Positions 52,860 to 64,000 of a DNA stretch of 64,000 bases are shown one piece after another. The translations under genes were made by a program, and so were the position numbers. Below the pieces are notes generated by a model, which worked only from the letters and a program-made list of their open reading frames with translations, was not told the origin of the DNA and searched no databases. The stretch's first letter is position 1, and every line of letters starts with the position of its first letter. Source of the DNA: Rhizophagus irregularis (taxonomy: Eukaryota); NCBI RefSeq assembly GCF_026210795.1, contig NC_089435.1, positions 3,782,001 through 3,846,000 on the forward strand. The letters run 5' to 3'.

Positions 52860-53830
52860 GTTCTATTATGGAAAAGAATTGAACAGGCCAAGAAGTTCTA
52901 TAAACTATTCAGTGCATTGGGTATTATAGATAAAATCTATTGAATTCGTTTCTTTTCTGCCAACTCTATCTCATATAACGTATAAAGACATCCAGTATAC
53001 ACTCCCCTACAATAAATTACCAGATTTGACAAAATTTACATAGCAATTTTCATGTTGCATATAAGTTTACGAATTTTTAATAAAATTTAGCCAGAATTTT
53101 TTTATTTGAAAGTTGATCGTAGATAGTTTTTATGTATCAAAATAAATAAATATGATTAATTATAAATATAAAAAAGTTTTCTCATTGCAAAATAATATAA
53201 AAAATCATGAAATTCTCACTTTTTTTCAGCAATGGGTCAACTCTTTAAAATTTTAGAAAATTTTCTTTATTTTTTAATACAAGAAAGCTACAATTGATTG
53301 GCTTTCAAATAAAAAAGTTTTGACTAAATTTTATTGAGAATTCATAAAGTTTCATATAGCCCGAAAATCAACAATTTTACTAGTAAATCTTATAAAAATT
53401 TGTAATTACATAGTAAAATTAACAATAATTGACAAATTTTAGTCTATATGAAACTTAACGAATTCTCTACAAAATTCAGTCAAACTTTTTTTGTTTGAAA
53501 GCCAATCAATTGTAGCTTTCTTGTATTAAAAAATAAAGAAAATTTTCTAAAATTTTAAAGAGTTGACCCATTGCTGAAAAAAAGTGAGAATTTCATGATT
53601 TTTTGTATTATTTTGCAATGAGAAAACTTTTTTATATTTATAATTAATCATATTTATTTATTTTGATACATAAAAACTATCTATGATCAGCTTTCAAATA
53701 AAAAAATTCTGGCTGAATTTTATTAAAAATTCATAAACTTATATGCAACGTGAAAATTGCTATGCAAATTTTGTCAAATCTGGTAATTTATTGTAGGGCA
53801 GTGTATTATAGACAATGTATCCTTTGATTA
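52860..53830 (+). pseudogene. Gene remnant interrupted by a foldback MITE
   Basis: WKRIEQAKKFYKLFSALG..KIY*IRFFSANSIS; removing the MITE restores DIQYIIDNV. Confidence 0.55.
53000..53803. mobile_element. Foldback/MITE with ~360-bp TIRs and TA TSD
   Basis: TA|cactcccctacaataaattaccag ... ctggtaatttattgtagggcagtg|TA; arms ~53000-53358 and ~53444-53803. Confidence 0.9.
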
Positions 53831-54499
53831 TAACATCGGAGACTACACTACTGTAATTGAATTGCTTAATAGTTTACTAACAAATATTACTGATCAAATC
53901 AGTAATTCTAAGTGTTTTGAAGTGTATGAACATATTTTACTAGCGCGATCTTTATATTTTTAGCAAATGAAAGAAATTCATATGGAGACCCAACTTTGTG
54001 AATTCAGTTCACGAAGTGATAAGAAAATTCTGACTTATTATGATTCACCAGTTTTCCTGTCCAAAAAAAATTGATATTAAAGTAGATAACGACAATAATC
54101 CCTGGATGAAAGAAATCATGAAGGCTTTCAAGAAGGAAGAGGCCAGGATGGAGAAAGAAAGACAGAACGAAACATTACCAGAGGTAAATATCCCACTTTT
54201 GATTAATAATCAGGTAGGAGATAGCGGTGGATACTGAACCTGAATTGTTATATAATGTAAGTACTTCTGATTCTGATGATAATTTAGGTGATGATTTCGA
54301 TGATTCTGATAGCGATTCTGGTAATAAGTCTGATAATACTCGATATAGCATAGTGAATATTCTAATTTTATCACAATTTTAATGATCATTTATCGATCAC
54401 TTATTCACATAGAATAATGAATAATGCCATTATTTATAAATTTTGTGTGTATTTTTTTGCTAATGTTTTATTGTAAAATCATATGCTAATGTTATATAC

Positions 54500-55200
54500 A
54501 TAGCAAATTTTATACATGAGCAGGACGTGATGGAAAACCCTCAAAAAGTATTGTGTTTATTCAAAAAATGATATACAAACCTTATTTTCAATAATTACAC
54601 GAAGAGAAGAGAGGTATGATTATTTATTTTGTCTTTTTTTTTTTATAATAAATTTTGACATGGGTTAGTCCACTGCAAGAGAATAATAGTGAAATATTGG
54701 CAAAAAGAATAAGACATTATGAGGATTAACAAAAAATATTACAAAATATGATTATCGCCATTTATTAATTGCGCATCATCTTTCATGGAATGAAGATATT
54801 TCAAATAAAGCATGTGGATTGTGTGATAATTGTTTACTAAATTCAAACAATAATCCAGTATAGAATGACTTTTCAGCCGATGTGATTAGACTGCTAAAAA
54901 TTGCCAAAGAAATTTTGGAATCTAGAAAAATAAATAAAATGATACCTTTGGATACTGCAGCAGTTTTTTGTAAATTAAAAGAGCCAACGAACTTGGGCTT
55001 TCAGAATTATCTATTTATAATGAACTATTTGAACGAAAAATAAAAATAAAGAGAATGTTTTATTTGTTATAGATGATCTATGTGTTAAAGGCTTTTTGAT
55101 TTTGAATTTCCAGCTTTGAAAGACAGCAGCTTTGACCAAAAACTTTTCATTCAAACCAATAATAGTTGGATTGGGAGATAATGCTGAAAAAAAAGTAACG
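54500..55200 (+). pseudogene. RecQ helicase C-terminal remnant
   Basis: AGRDGKPSKSIV (motif VI) and YRHLLIAHHLSWNEDISNKACGLCDNC (RecQ Zn-binding), with stops. Confidence 0.7.
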
Positions 55201-56028
55201 CGTATTATAATATATTATTTTTTTACAATGAAACTAAAAATTTAACTTTATTAATAATTTTAAAAGACTAAAAGAAATAAAATACACATAATACGCGTAA
55301 AAAAAAGTTAACTTGTCTTCATAAGTATAAATATTTGTATATAAGAAAGCTAATTATTTTATTAAACGTTAGGTTTTGTTAAAAAAAAAGGTTTGAACAT
55401 GAAAAATTTACATATGCATTATATATCATAATATATACTGATCATTTTTGATTAGCCATCACGATTAGTGAAAAATGATCTACAGTGTGTACTCTAGCCT
55501 TAAAATGATAAAAAATACAATTATTAATGATAACTTTGAGAGGATAACTTCTTCAAAAATGGTCAATTGAATTCTGTCTCTAAAAAGGAATTTTCAGAAC
55601 GTAAAAAGGTTTTTGAGAAAGTGAACATTACACAGATGGATTAATTTCCACCTAATAGTATTAACACGTATACTAGTTTTCCCATACAGATAAGCTGGAA
55701 TTTATCAGTGGAAAAAATTGATACATTCTTTGAACGTCAAGATATACGCGAATACAAATTTGACATCGATTCAAGAGGAAACGTATTTATAGTTGAATTG
55801 AAAAAAGTGGAACACGCATTTGTTATTGCACGATTTAAAAATTATTTTGACGTTCCCAATAGAGATGTTGCCAATAATCCTCCGATAGATGTTGCGGGTG
55901 CTTTAAATAAGATTTTCCTTTGGGTTATTTAGGCTTGTTATCAGTTTTATAATCTACTTATGTTCTATAACAGCTCATTATAAACCACGTGAAAAAGGAA
56001 AATCCTTAGCACCTGATATAGCTATATA

Positions 56029-56493
56029 CACTGGTAAAAAAATGGTCTATCCTACACATATTCTACACATATCTTACATATATCGAGCTTTTCCAAAATG
56101 TAGAAAATCATACACAAATAATACACATATCATATACATATTAGGTACTTATATATATAAGATACCCATTGCAGATCTTATACATGCCACCCAAATTATT
56201 TGGACTGCCGTAATTATAAGTAAAATCCCAAATTCAATTATGGCATCCCAAATTATTTTGGAACTTTACATAGTAAATTATATATAAACCGAATGAATTA
56301 TGGCATCCCAAATTATAATTGTGGCATCCCAAAATAATTTGGGCAGCATGTATAAGGTACCTGATATATGTATGATATATATATTAGTACCCGATATGTG
56401 TATGATATGTGTATTATTTGTGTATGATTTTCTACATTTTGAGTACCCAATATGTGTAAGATATGTGTAGGATAAATCATTTTTTTACCAGTG
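56029..56493. mobile_element. CACTA/CMC-like MITE with 3-bp TSD
   Basis: ata|cactggtaaaaaaatg ... cattttttttaccagtg|ata; excision restores GCT ATA TAT CCA (AIYP). Confidence 0.85.
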
Positions 56494-56957
56494 ATATCCA
56501 AGTTTGAGCATTATTCCAAAACTTCCAACTCCAGCTCCACTTCCACAACGTGAACTAAGAATTCTTAGAGCTTCTTGTAGACCTTTCTGATATTGTGAAA
56601 TTCCTCCAGTTGATAAAATGGTTGGTTCTGTCATATCAGATTTTGTTCCTAATTTTCCTAGTCTTAATGTAAATTAATTATATCTCGTACGCGGATAATA
56701 TGTGAAATTGCAGTGTTAAAGTTACGATCTTTACGAGAGGTTGGAATGCAAAGTGTTGTCATTGGATACGATAGCAATATATAAGATGTATATTCAGAGT
56801 TAAAATTTATCGTCAAAGAGCTACAAGAAATGCAATTGGACAGTTAGATCGATGTATGATTGTACGTGTCATACAGCCTATTTATTATTCAATGATTTTG
56901 AAATTTTTAAATTTTTTCTATTTCTAATTCTAGGCCAGACTTTGGACATGTCAGTTA

Positions 56958-57655
56958 TAGAGCTCTGAACAGGTTAGCCAAATTCAGGTAACCTGACCTA
57001 ACCTGATTGACCTGTTGACCTGAAACTATTGATTCTACTATGAGTTGCAGTATTGCGATTCACTTTTTTATATAGAATTAATATAAAAAAGTGAATCGCA
57101 ATATCGCAACTCACTTTTTTTTATATAGAATCTATATAAAAAAGTGAATCGCAATACCGCAACTCACTTTTTTTATACAAAATCAATATAAAAAAGTGAA
57201 TTGCAGTATGGGGATTCACTTTTTTATAAGATTTTAATATAAAAATGTTGAATCGCAATATTTCGAGAAAAAACGTTGCGAAAACATTTTTTTATAATAT
57301 TATATTAAAAAAATGTTTTGTAACGTTTTTTTTTTGATATTTCAATAATAACGTTGTGAAAACATTTTTTTCATAATGTTATATTAAAAAAAACGTTTTG
57401 CAATATTTTTTTTCAATATTTTAATAAAAAATGTTGCAAAAACGTTTTTTTTCATAATATTATATTAAAAAAAAAGTTTTGTACCATTTTTTTTCAATAC
57501 TTTAATAAAAATAGTCCTGAAATTTTTCAGGTTTCAGGTCAGGTCAGGTCAAACAGACAACCCTGATATAACTCGACTCGACACGCATTCGAAAAAAATT
57601 TCAGGTCGGGATCTTATCAATTAACCTGATCTGACCTGACCCATTCGGAGCTCTA
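56958..57655. mobile_element. hAT-like MITE carrying palindromic and ~80-bp repeats
   Basis: tagagctctgaa ... ttcggagctcta; TSD gtcagtta/gtcaggta; acctga subterminal repeats. Confidence 0.82.
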
Positions 57656-58483
57656 GTCAGGTAGTACCAATACCAGAAAGACATATAGCAGTAGCAGGAT
57701 AGCCAGGAGTTTATTATGAGAAGGTAAGATTAGTATGCCATTGATGTTTTTGCATTCAATTTAAATTGCAAATATCTAATATATAATATAAACTTACCAA
57801 ATTTTTTATAGTGGAATTTCAGTACTCACAATTATCACACTGGTGCTCCTACTACTTGCACAGGACCAGGTTTACTTAATTATCAAGTTAATATCCCAAC
57901 CCAGGATGTATTCTGGGACTCTTTTGTGATCAGGGGAGCCTCCTCCACAGTTGGGTATGCCATCACAGTCCCCGGTGAAGTCACTGCCCCTAACTTCATT
58001 ATAGATTTGTATCAAATTCAGCAATTGGTCTTGCTAAACCAAGAAAACTAGAACATAGATTATTGATTAATAAGTAATAGTTAAGGAGAAATTTGCAAAC
58101 TTTATTATAATAATTTTTTGATACACAGAATAATAGTGTATAATAATAAAATTTGTATCATAAAAAAATCTATTGCTTGGCTTAAGCTTATTAATCAAAT
58201 TTGATTGGACAATCCGTGTTTATAAATAATTAGATCGGATTTTTGATTTTGTATTAAAAGTAAAATTTAAAGAATTTTATTCAATAATTATAGGTAACAT
58301 GTGAAATGGGAGGTAATTGTAAAGGGGTACACCCTGGATTAATCAAATCAAATTGAATTTTTAATTTGTGAATTGTGTTACTTGAGCACAATGCACTATT
58401 TGATCATCTATATAAAATTTAATCCGTGACGTAGCACCGCTTATCTTCGGAACTTAATCACTCAATCAACCTTTTTTTTCTAA

Positions 58484-61400
58484 ATGTCTTCAAGTTCCAG
58501 CAATTATACAGCCCGAATTGCCAAAATACAAATTTATGATGATTTACATAGTTCTAGTAATGATTTAAAAATTGGACTTAGTGAAAAATTATGGGACGAA
58601 TTAATTAAAGAAACCGTAGAAGACGAATCTGAGGGTAATTTTATTTTGTTTTATACTAGCTTTATTCTCGTTATAAAGATAAACTGTGTTTGCATTTACA
58701 GCTATAAGAGCGACGCTTAAACCTTATATTTGTGTTTCTGTCACACCTTTGGATTTATATTTGAAAAATCCACTTAGAACAACAAAACATAAACCATTAA
58801 TTTCTTCAATTTTTACATACGCAAGATTACAATATCCTGATAGATTTGAAGACACGCCCGAGGTAGACAATAATATATTATTATTTATCCCATATATGTT
58901 TAATATATAATATTTTATCATTAACTTTTTCTGTAGGAGCATGTTTGTTATGTATCAAAAGATTTCGTAAAACAAAATAATTTAAGAGATGCAATCGAAG
59001 TAGAAATTAAAATTGCCGATCCAATTGAATTAGAAGAGGTGATTGTTGGAGCATTGAATAATGAATCATATGAAAGTTTGATAAAAGGTTTAGTTTTTGT
59101 TTTTTTCATAGAAAATTTGTGTTTGAAAGATTTTATTTATTCATTATAATTTTATTAAAATGTTTTATCAAGAAAAGATCCTTCCGCAGTATCAGCCTAT
59201 TTTTATTCATCACCGCCTGTAGTGGTTAGACAATCGCAAATCTATAGTTTTCAACAAGTTTCTATCCCTGTTTCATCAAACAAATTTAAGGTTTTAATGT
59301 GCAATCCAGTTTTACAAGGAATCATTTCAACCAATACGAATTTCATTATCACCAATTTGTCACAAGAAACTTTAATATATGATAATGAAGAAGGAGAAAA
59401 AAATATTAATAATCATGATATCGCGGACTTTTATTTTGAAGATTATTTAGATGAACCAAATATTTTAAATTCGAAGGATTATTATATGGAAACTCAACTG
59501 GCCTTACTAGAAGTTAATGGGCAGGATACCGGAAATGGATCCGAATCAGATTGGACTACTTCTGCGTCTTCAATATCTTCTGATGAAGATTGTTTAAATA
59601 ATGTAGCTTCCATTTCAAGAAAATCAACTTTTACTCCTCAAATTTTATCATCTCCTTTTCCTGTTACTTTAATACAACCTATACCAAAAGAAAGAGAGGA
59701 TCCTGAATCAAGAGTCCTAATCAGTTTAAAGGACTTAGCCAAATTGGGAATTCAAAGTGGAAGTTGGGTGAGAAGTAATTTTATTATTTTCGCAACATTT
59801 AAATTCATTCTTGTTAATATATTATTATACCATATTTTTATTAGGCATTAGTATCAGGTCCTATTAATGAGAAAACTAGGTTATGCAAAGTATATGCCAT
59901 CGATATTTCATTATCAACTATAGAGTATTTATTATTATTATTGTTGTTGTTTATATAGAAATGTAAATAAAAAAAACATATATTTTATTTTAAAAATTTT
60001 TTCTAAAATTCAACATTCTTTAATAATCTTTTATTTAGAGTTCCATATCCTCCTGCTTATATTTCACCATTGCTTTATTTTAACCTTGGATTTTCTGATA
60101 CAAACAAGTTGAGTTCTGAACAATTATTCGTTCAGCCAGCTATTAGAATGCAATCCTTACCTCCAGTAGCTAAATATTTAGTTGTTGCCAGAATAGCTTT
60201 TCCAAATTGTACAGATAGATTTATCTATAATGCCAGTATGGATGGCTTAGAAAGCTGGTTTGAAGAAGCTGATAGAATAGTTTGTGAGGGAGATATTTTC
60301 TCTATTCCTATAGACGGTAAGTGTTATTATCAAGTATTTGCTTAAAATTTTTTAATTCACTTATTGAATCTAATAATTTAGAGGAAGCTGCAAGATTAAG
60401 ACCGCAAAAAGTTGAGGGGGATGTTGAAACTTTAGAAGACATTAAAGTTGCTACTGCTCCATTAAATCCAACAACTGCTGTCTATTTTAAAATTTCTAAA
60501 TTGAAACCTCAAAACAAGAAAAAAATTATGATGTATGGATATGGTAGATTAGTTGATACCAAATTAACTAGAATTGAACAAATAGGGATGGTGCATTCTA
60601 GAGTTCCTGCCGTGAAACAATATTATGGAATTAGTTCCGAAATTCCAAAATTACCCAATTCGAACTCAATATTAACATCACCTGGAACATCTTATGCTAA
60701 ACTTTATGATCTAATTTCATCTTGTCTTCATCCAAATGCCGCAACACTTAAACTTAGTTGTACGGTTCTTTTACATGGACCTCGGGGTTGTGGAAAGAAA
60801 ACGACAGTTTATTGGGTGGCGGAATCAGTTGGTGTGCATGTTTTCGAAGTGAATTGTTTTGATTTTGCGGGAGAGACTGATGCAAAAACAGAAACATCAC
60901 TTCGTATGAGATTGGATAAGGCAGTGACATGTTCTCCGTGCGTATTCTTATTAGGTCATGTTGATGCGTTAGCTAAGAAAAGTGCTGTTCTTGAAACCGG
61001 TCAAGAGCCGACCATTTCAACTATTTTACAAGATTGTTTTAAGCAGCTTATAACAAATTTTCAAAATATAGGATATCCTGTATTGGTCGTAGGTACAACA
61101 GGAGATATTGACAAAATCCCCGCAAGTGTAATTGGATGTTTTAGGCATGAGATTGCTTTCGAAGCACCTTCTGAGCCTGCAAGATTGGCTATATTAGAAC
61201 GATTAACGTCTGATACACCTTTGGCTCCGGATGTCTCATTATCATCATTGGCAACACAGACTGCTGCACTCGTACCCAAAGATTTGGTAGATTTGGTTGC
61301 AAGAGCTGGTTTAGCATCGCTTGAACGGGTTGAAATTTCTTTGAAAAAGACAAATCAATCCGTAAAAGATGTGGACATTGTCCAAGCTGGAATTACTTTG

Positions 61401-62788
61401 ACAGCCGCAGATTTTGAAAAAGCTCTTAATAAAGCAAGAGCGTCATATTCTGATAGTATAGGTGCACCAAAAATTCCTAATGTTACTTGGGATGATGTTG
61501 GGGGTCTTGCAGATGTAAAAAATGATATTTTAGATACCATTCAATTACCTTTAGAACATCCAGAATTATTTGCAATTGGGATGAAAAAGAGATCGGGAAT
61601 TTTACTTTACGGACCACCTGGTACAGGAAAAACACTTCTCGCCAAGGCAGTTGCAACTTCATGTTCTTTAAATTTTTTTTCGGTTAAAGGACCCGAATTA
61701 CTCAATATGTATATCGGCGAATCTGAGGCAAATGTTCGACGAGTTTTTCAACGTGCTAGAGATGCTAAACCATGTGTGATATTTTTCGATGAACTGGATT
61801 CTGTTGCACCTAAAAGGGGAGAGAAAGGTGATTCAGGTGGTGTAATGGATAGAATAGTTAGTCAACTTTTAGCCGAGTTGGATGGGATGGGACAGGGTGG
61901 AGGCACAGCAGACGTGTTTGTAATCGGTGCAACTAATCGACCGGATTTATTGGATCCAGCATTATTAAGACCCGGGCGGTAAGTTATTTAAATATTCTTT
62001 TTATACTAACGTATTTATCATCATATTTATTCAATGATTATTATTTAGATTTGATAAACTTCTTTATCTTGGAGTAAGTCAAGATCACGAATCACAACTT
62101 AAAATAATTCAAGCATTAACAAGAAAGTATGCAATTTTTTCATTTTTAATCATAAGAATACTTCTGGACATTTAAATAATTTTTTCGAAAATTTATTTTG
62201 TTAGGTTCCGTTTACATCCTTCATTGGACCTTGGAGTTGTCGCAAAGAAATGTCCTTTTAATTATACAGGTGCTGATTTTTATGCACTTTGTTCGGATGC
62301 AATGTTAAAGGCAATGTCAAGAACAGCTGAAGCTATAGAAACCAAAGTTGGTACGTATTATGTAATGAGCGAGATTTTTTGTCCCATTTGATGAACTAAT
62401 TTATTTAAATTTGATTTTTAAAGCTGAAATAAATGCCAATCCATCATCAAAATTTCCTAAACCTATTAATTCGCAATATTATCTTAATCATCTGGCTACG
62501 CCTGAGGATACTCTGGTTGAAGTTAATCAAAACGATTTCGATAGAGCCTTAGCTGAGTTAGTACCTTCAGTCTCCGAAAAAGAATTAGAACATTATAAAA
62601 TGGTAAAAATGAGATTTACTCAACAAGAAGTAAATAAGTTCGAAAGGAACAATGAACAGAATTTGCTCGCCGAAGAAGAATATTCTAACATTAACATTAT
62701 TAGCGGTGGGAGTGGAACTATCGATTTTATTGGAAATAACAATGAAAAGTCGCAAGAGGATAAAAAAGGTAAAGCAAAAGTCGGTTGA
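58484..62788 (+). CDS. PEX6: Peroxisomal biogenesis AAA-ATPase, multi-exon
   Basis: D1 HGPRGCGK; D2 [67 protein letters not shown], then FDKLLYLG and [15 protein letters not shown] in later exons. Confidence 0.95.
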
Positions 62789-64000
62789 TTAATAGAAATC
62801 TTATTCCTGATTTGTTGAGCTTTTTGTAATACTGCGGCAAAAATTACCTTCTTGAGTCCTCGTATTACTTTCTTGACCCGGTCAAAATATGCATGATTAT
62901 GTATGACAAACATATTCTTTTCTTGACTCGAAACTCGATAACTGATAGTGTGATAAACAAAAAAGAATATTTAATAAGAATAACAATAACTTGTTAAAAA
63001 CTTTGCTGTTTATATTGTTTTATAATATATGATAATGTTTTAGTGTAACAAAAATTTTTTAAAAAATAAGTACCGTATTATTTTTTCATTAAGTATTATA
63101 AATCTATTTATAATATTAATGTCTTGCAAAATTCTTTTTGTGTCTACACTCTTGTAAAAGAAATGAAATAACAACGTGTTAATGTTTTTTAATTTCGAAA
63201 AAGAATATGTTTGTCATAAGGTAATTTTTGCAATACTGCGGGTTCTTTGATTTTATTGATCGCGTATTCGCGTGAGTTGGCTGATTTGTTATGTTTATAC
63301 CAAAAAAGGAAATTATTAACTAAATAAGTTGACCTGTAAATAAAAAAAACCAGATTATTTCTAGAAAAGGCAAAATCCGGAATTAACATTAGCAAATTTA
63401 ATAAATTAACGGCAAGTCATTACTATAAGTGGAGAATAAAGCATAGCCTTATTTCCAGAAACAAATTGTTCTTTTACGAATACGAGAAAACCATTTTAGG
63501 CTAGTCCCAAATCATTTATCGAAAGTGTTACTTTTATTCTTTGTCTTACAACTCCATCTTCCGCAATTAAAGATCCGTAAACAACAATGTAATGAATTTT
63601 CAAAATTGTTATATTTTTACGGAGCACGACGATTTATCCTAAATCCATAATTGATAAATTAATAAATTACGACCGCAGTCGAATAACCAAAATTTTGTAT
63701 TGAACCCAAATTTATCCACAATAATTATATATTAATATTATTAATATTTTGCGTAATTTTTTAATGAAAGAAAATTATACTAGTAATTCCAAACAAACAA
63801 TGATATCCTGAAATAATTTAATTGTGTCGATTACATGATTATTGATTATTTACATCATTCAAACACCAGCATGTCATACACTCCTTATTCTAAAAAAATC
63901 GCCCAATAAAATTTCAATGAATTTCTACTTAAAGTTACAAGAATTCTTTGTTTTTTTTTTGGTTTTTTCTTGTTGAAACAAAAAAAAAATTTTATCGTTA

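Larger units (their letters stand above)
55505..58051 (+). pseudogene. Uma2-like REase gene disrupted by two MITEs and stops
   Basis: GNVFIVELKKVEH..., KSLAPDIAIYP, RIICEIAV, DRCMI|ARLW, and ...VNIPTQDVFWD...NFIIDLYQIQQLVL across GT-AG exons. Confidence 0.7.

Noticed and set aside
1..64000. tRNA/rRNA genes
   Set aside because: No cloverleaf or rRNA-like sequence recognised by eye; tRNAscan-SE/Infernal would be needed to exclude them

Overview
This is a very AT-rich, intron-containing eukaryotic window. Gene families and repeats point to a Glomeromycotina (arbuscular mycorrhizal, Rhizophagus-like) fungus; that assignment is an inference. Conserved genes are endopolyphosphatase PPN1 (33.0-34.8 kb) and the peroxin AAA-ATPase PEX6 (58.5-62.8 kb). 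The left half is rich in secreted and surface proteins: a signal-peptide multicore precursor with 19 SYPIA(E/G)(K)R repeats and 3 CDECK modules, a divergently oriented 7TM protein with a long disordered tail, a Thr-rich GPI-type protein, a small dibasic-site secreted protein and a Gly/Pro/Asp 14-aa-repeat protein. It also holds an intact spliced bacterial-type Uma2 endonuclease, a frameshifted Crinkler (CRN)-type NTPase+REase gene and an F-box gene. The 40-58 kb stretch is a transposon graveyard of nested MITEs (hAT-, MULE-, CACTA-, Tc1/pogo- and PIF-like by their target-site duplications, TSDs), with MULE transposase, RecQ and Uma2-like pseudogenes. Gene models and family calls were made by eye; no database searches were run.
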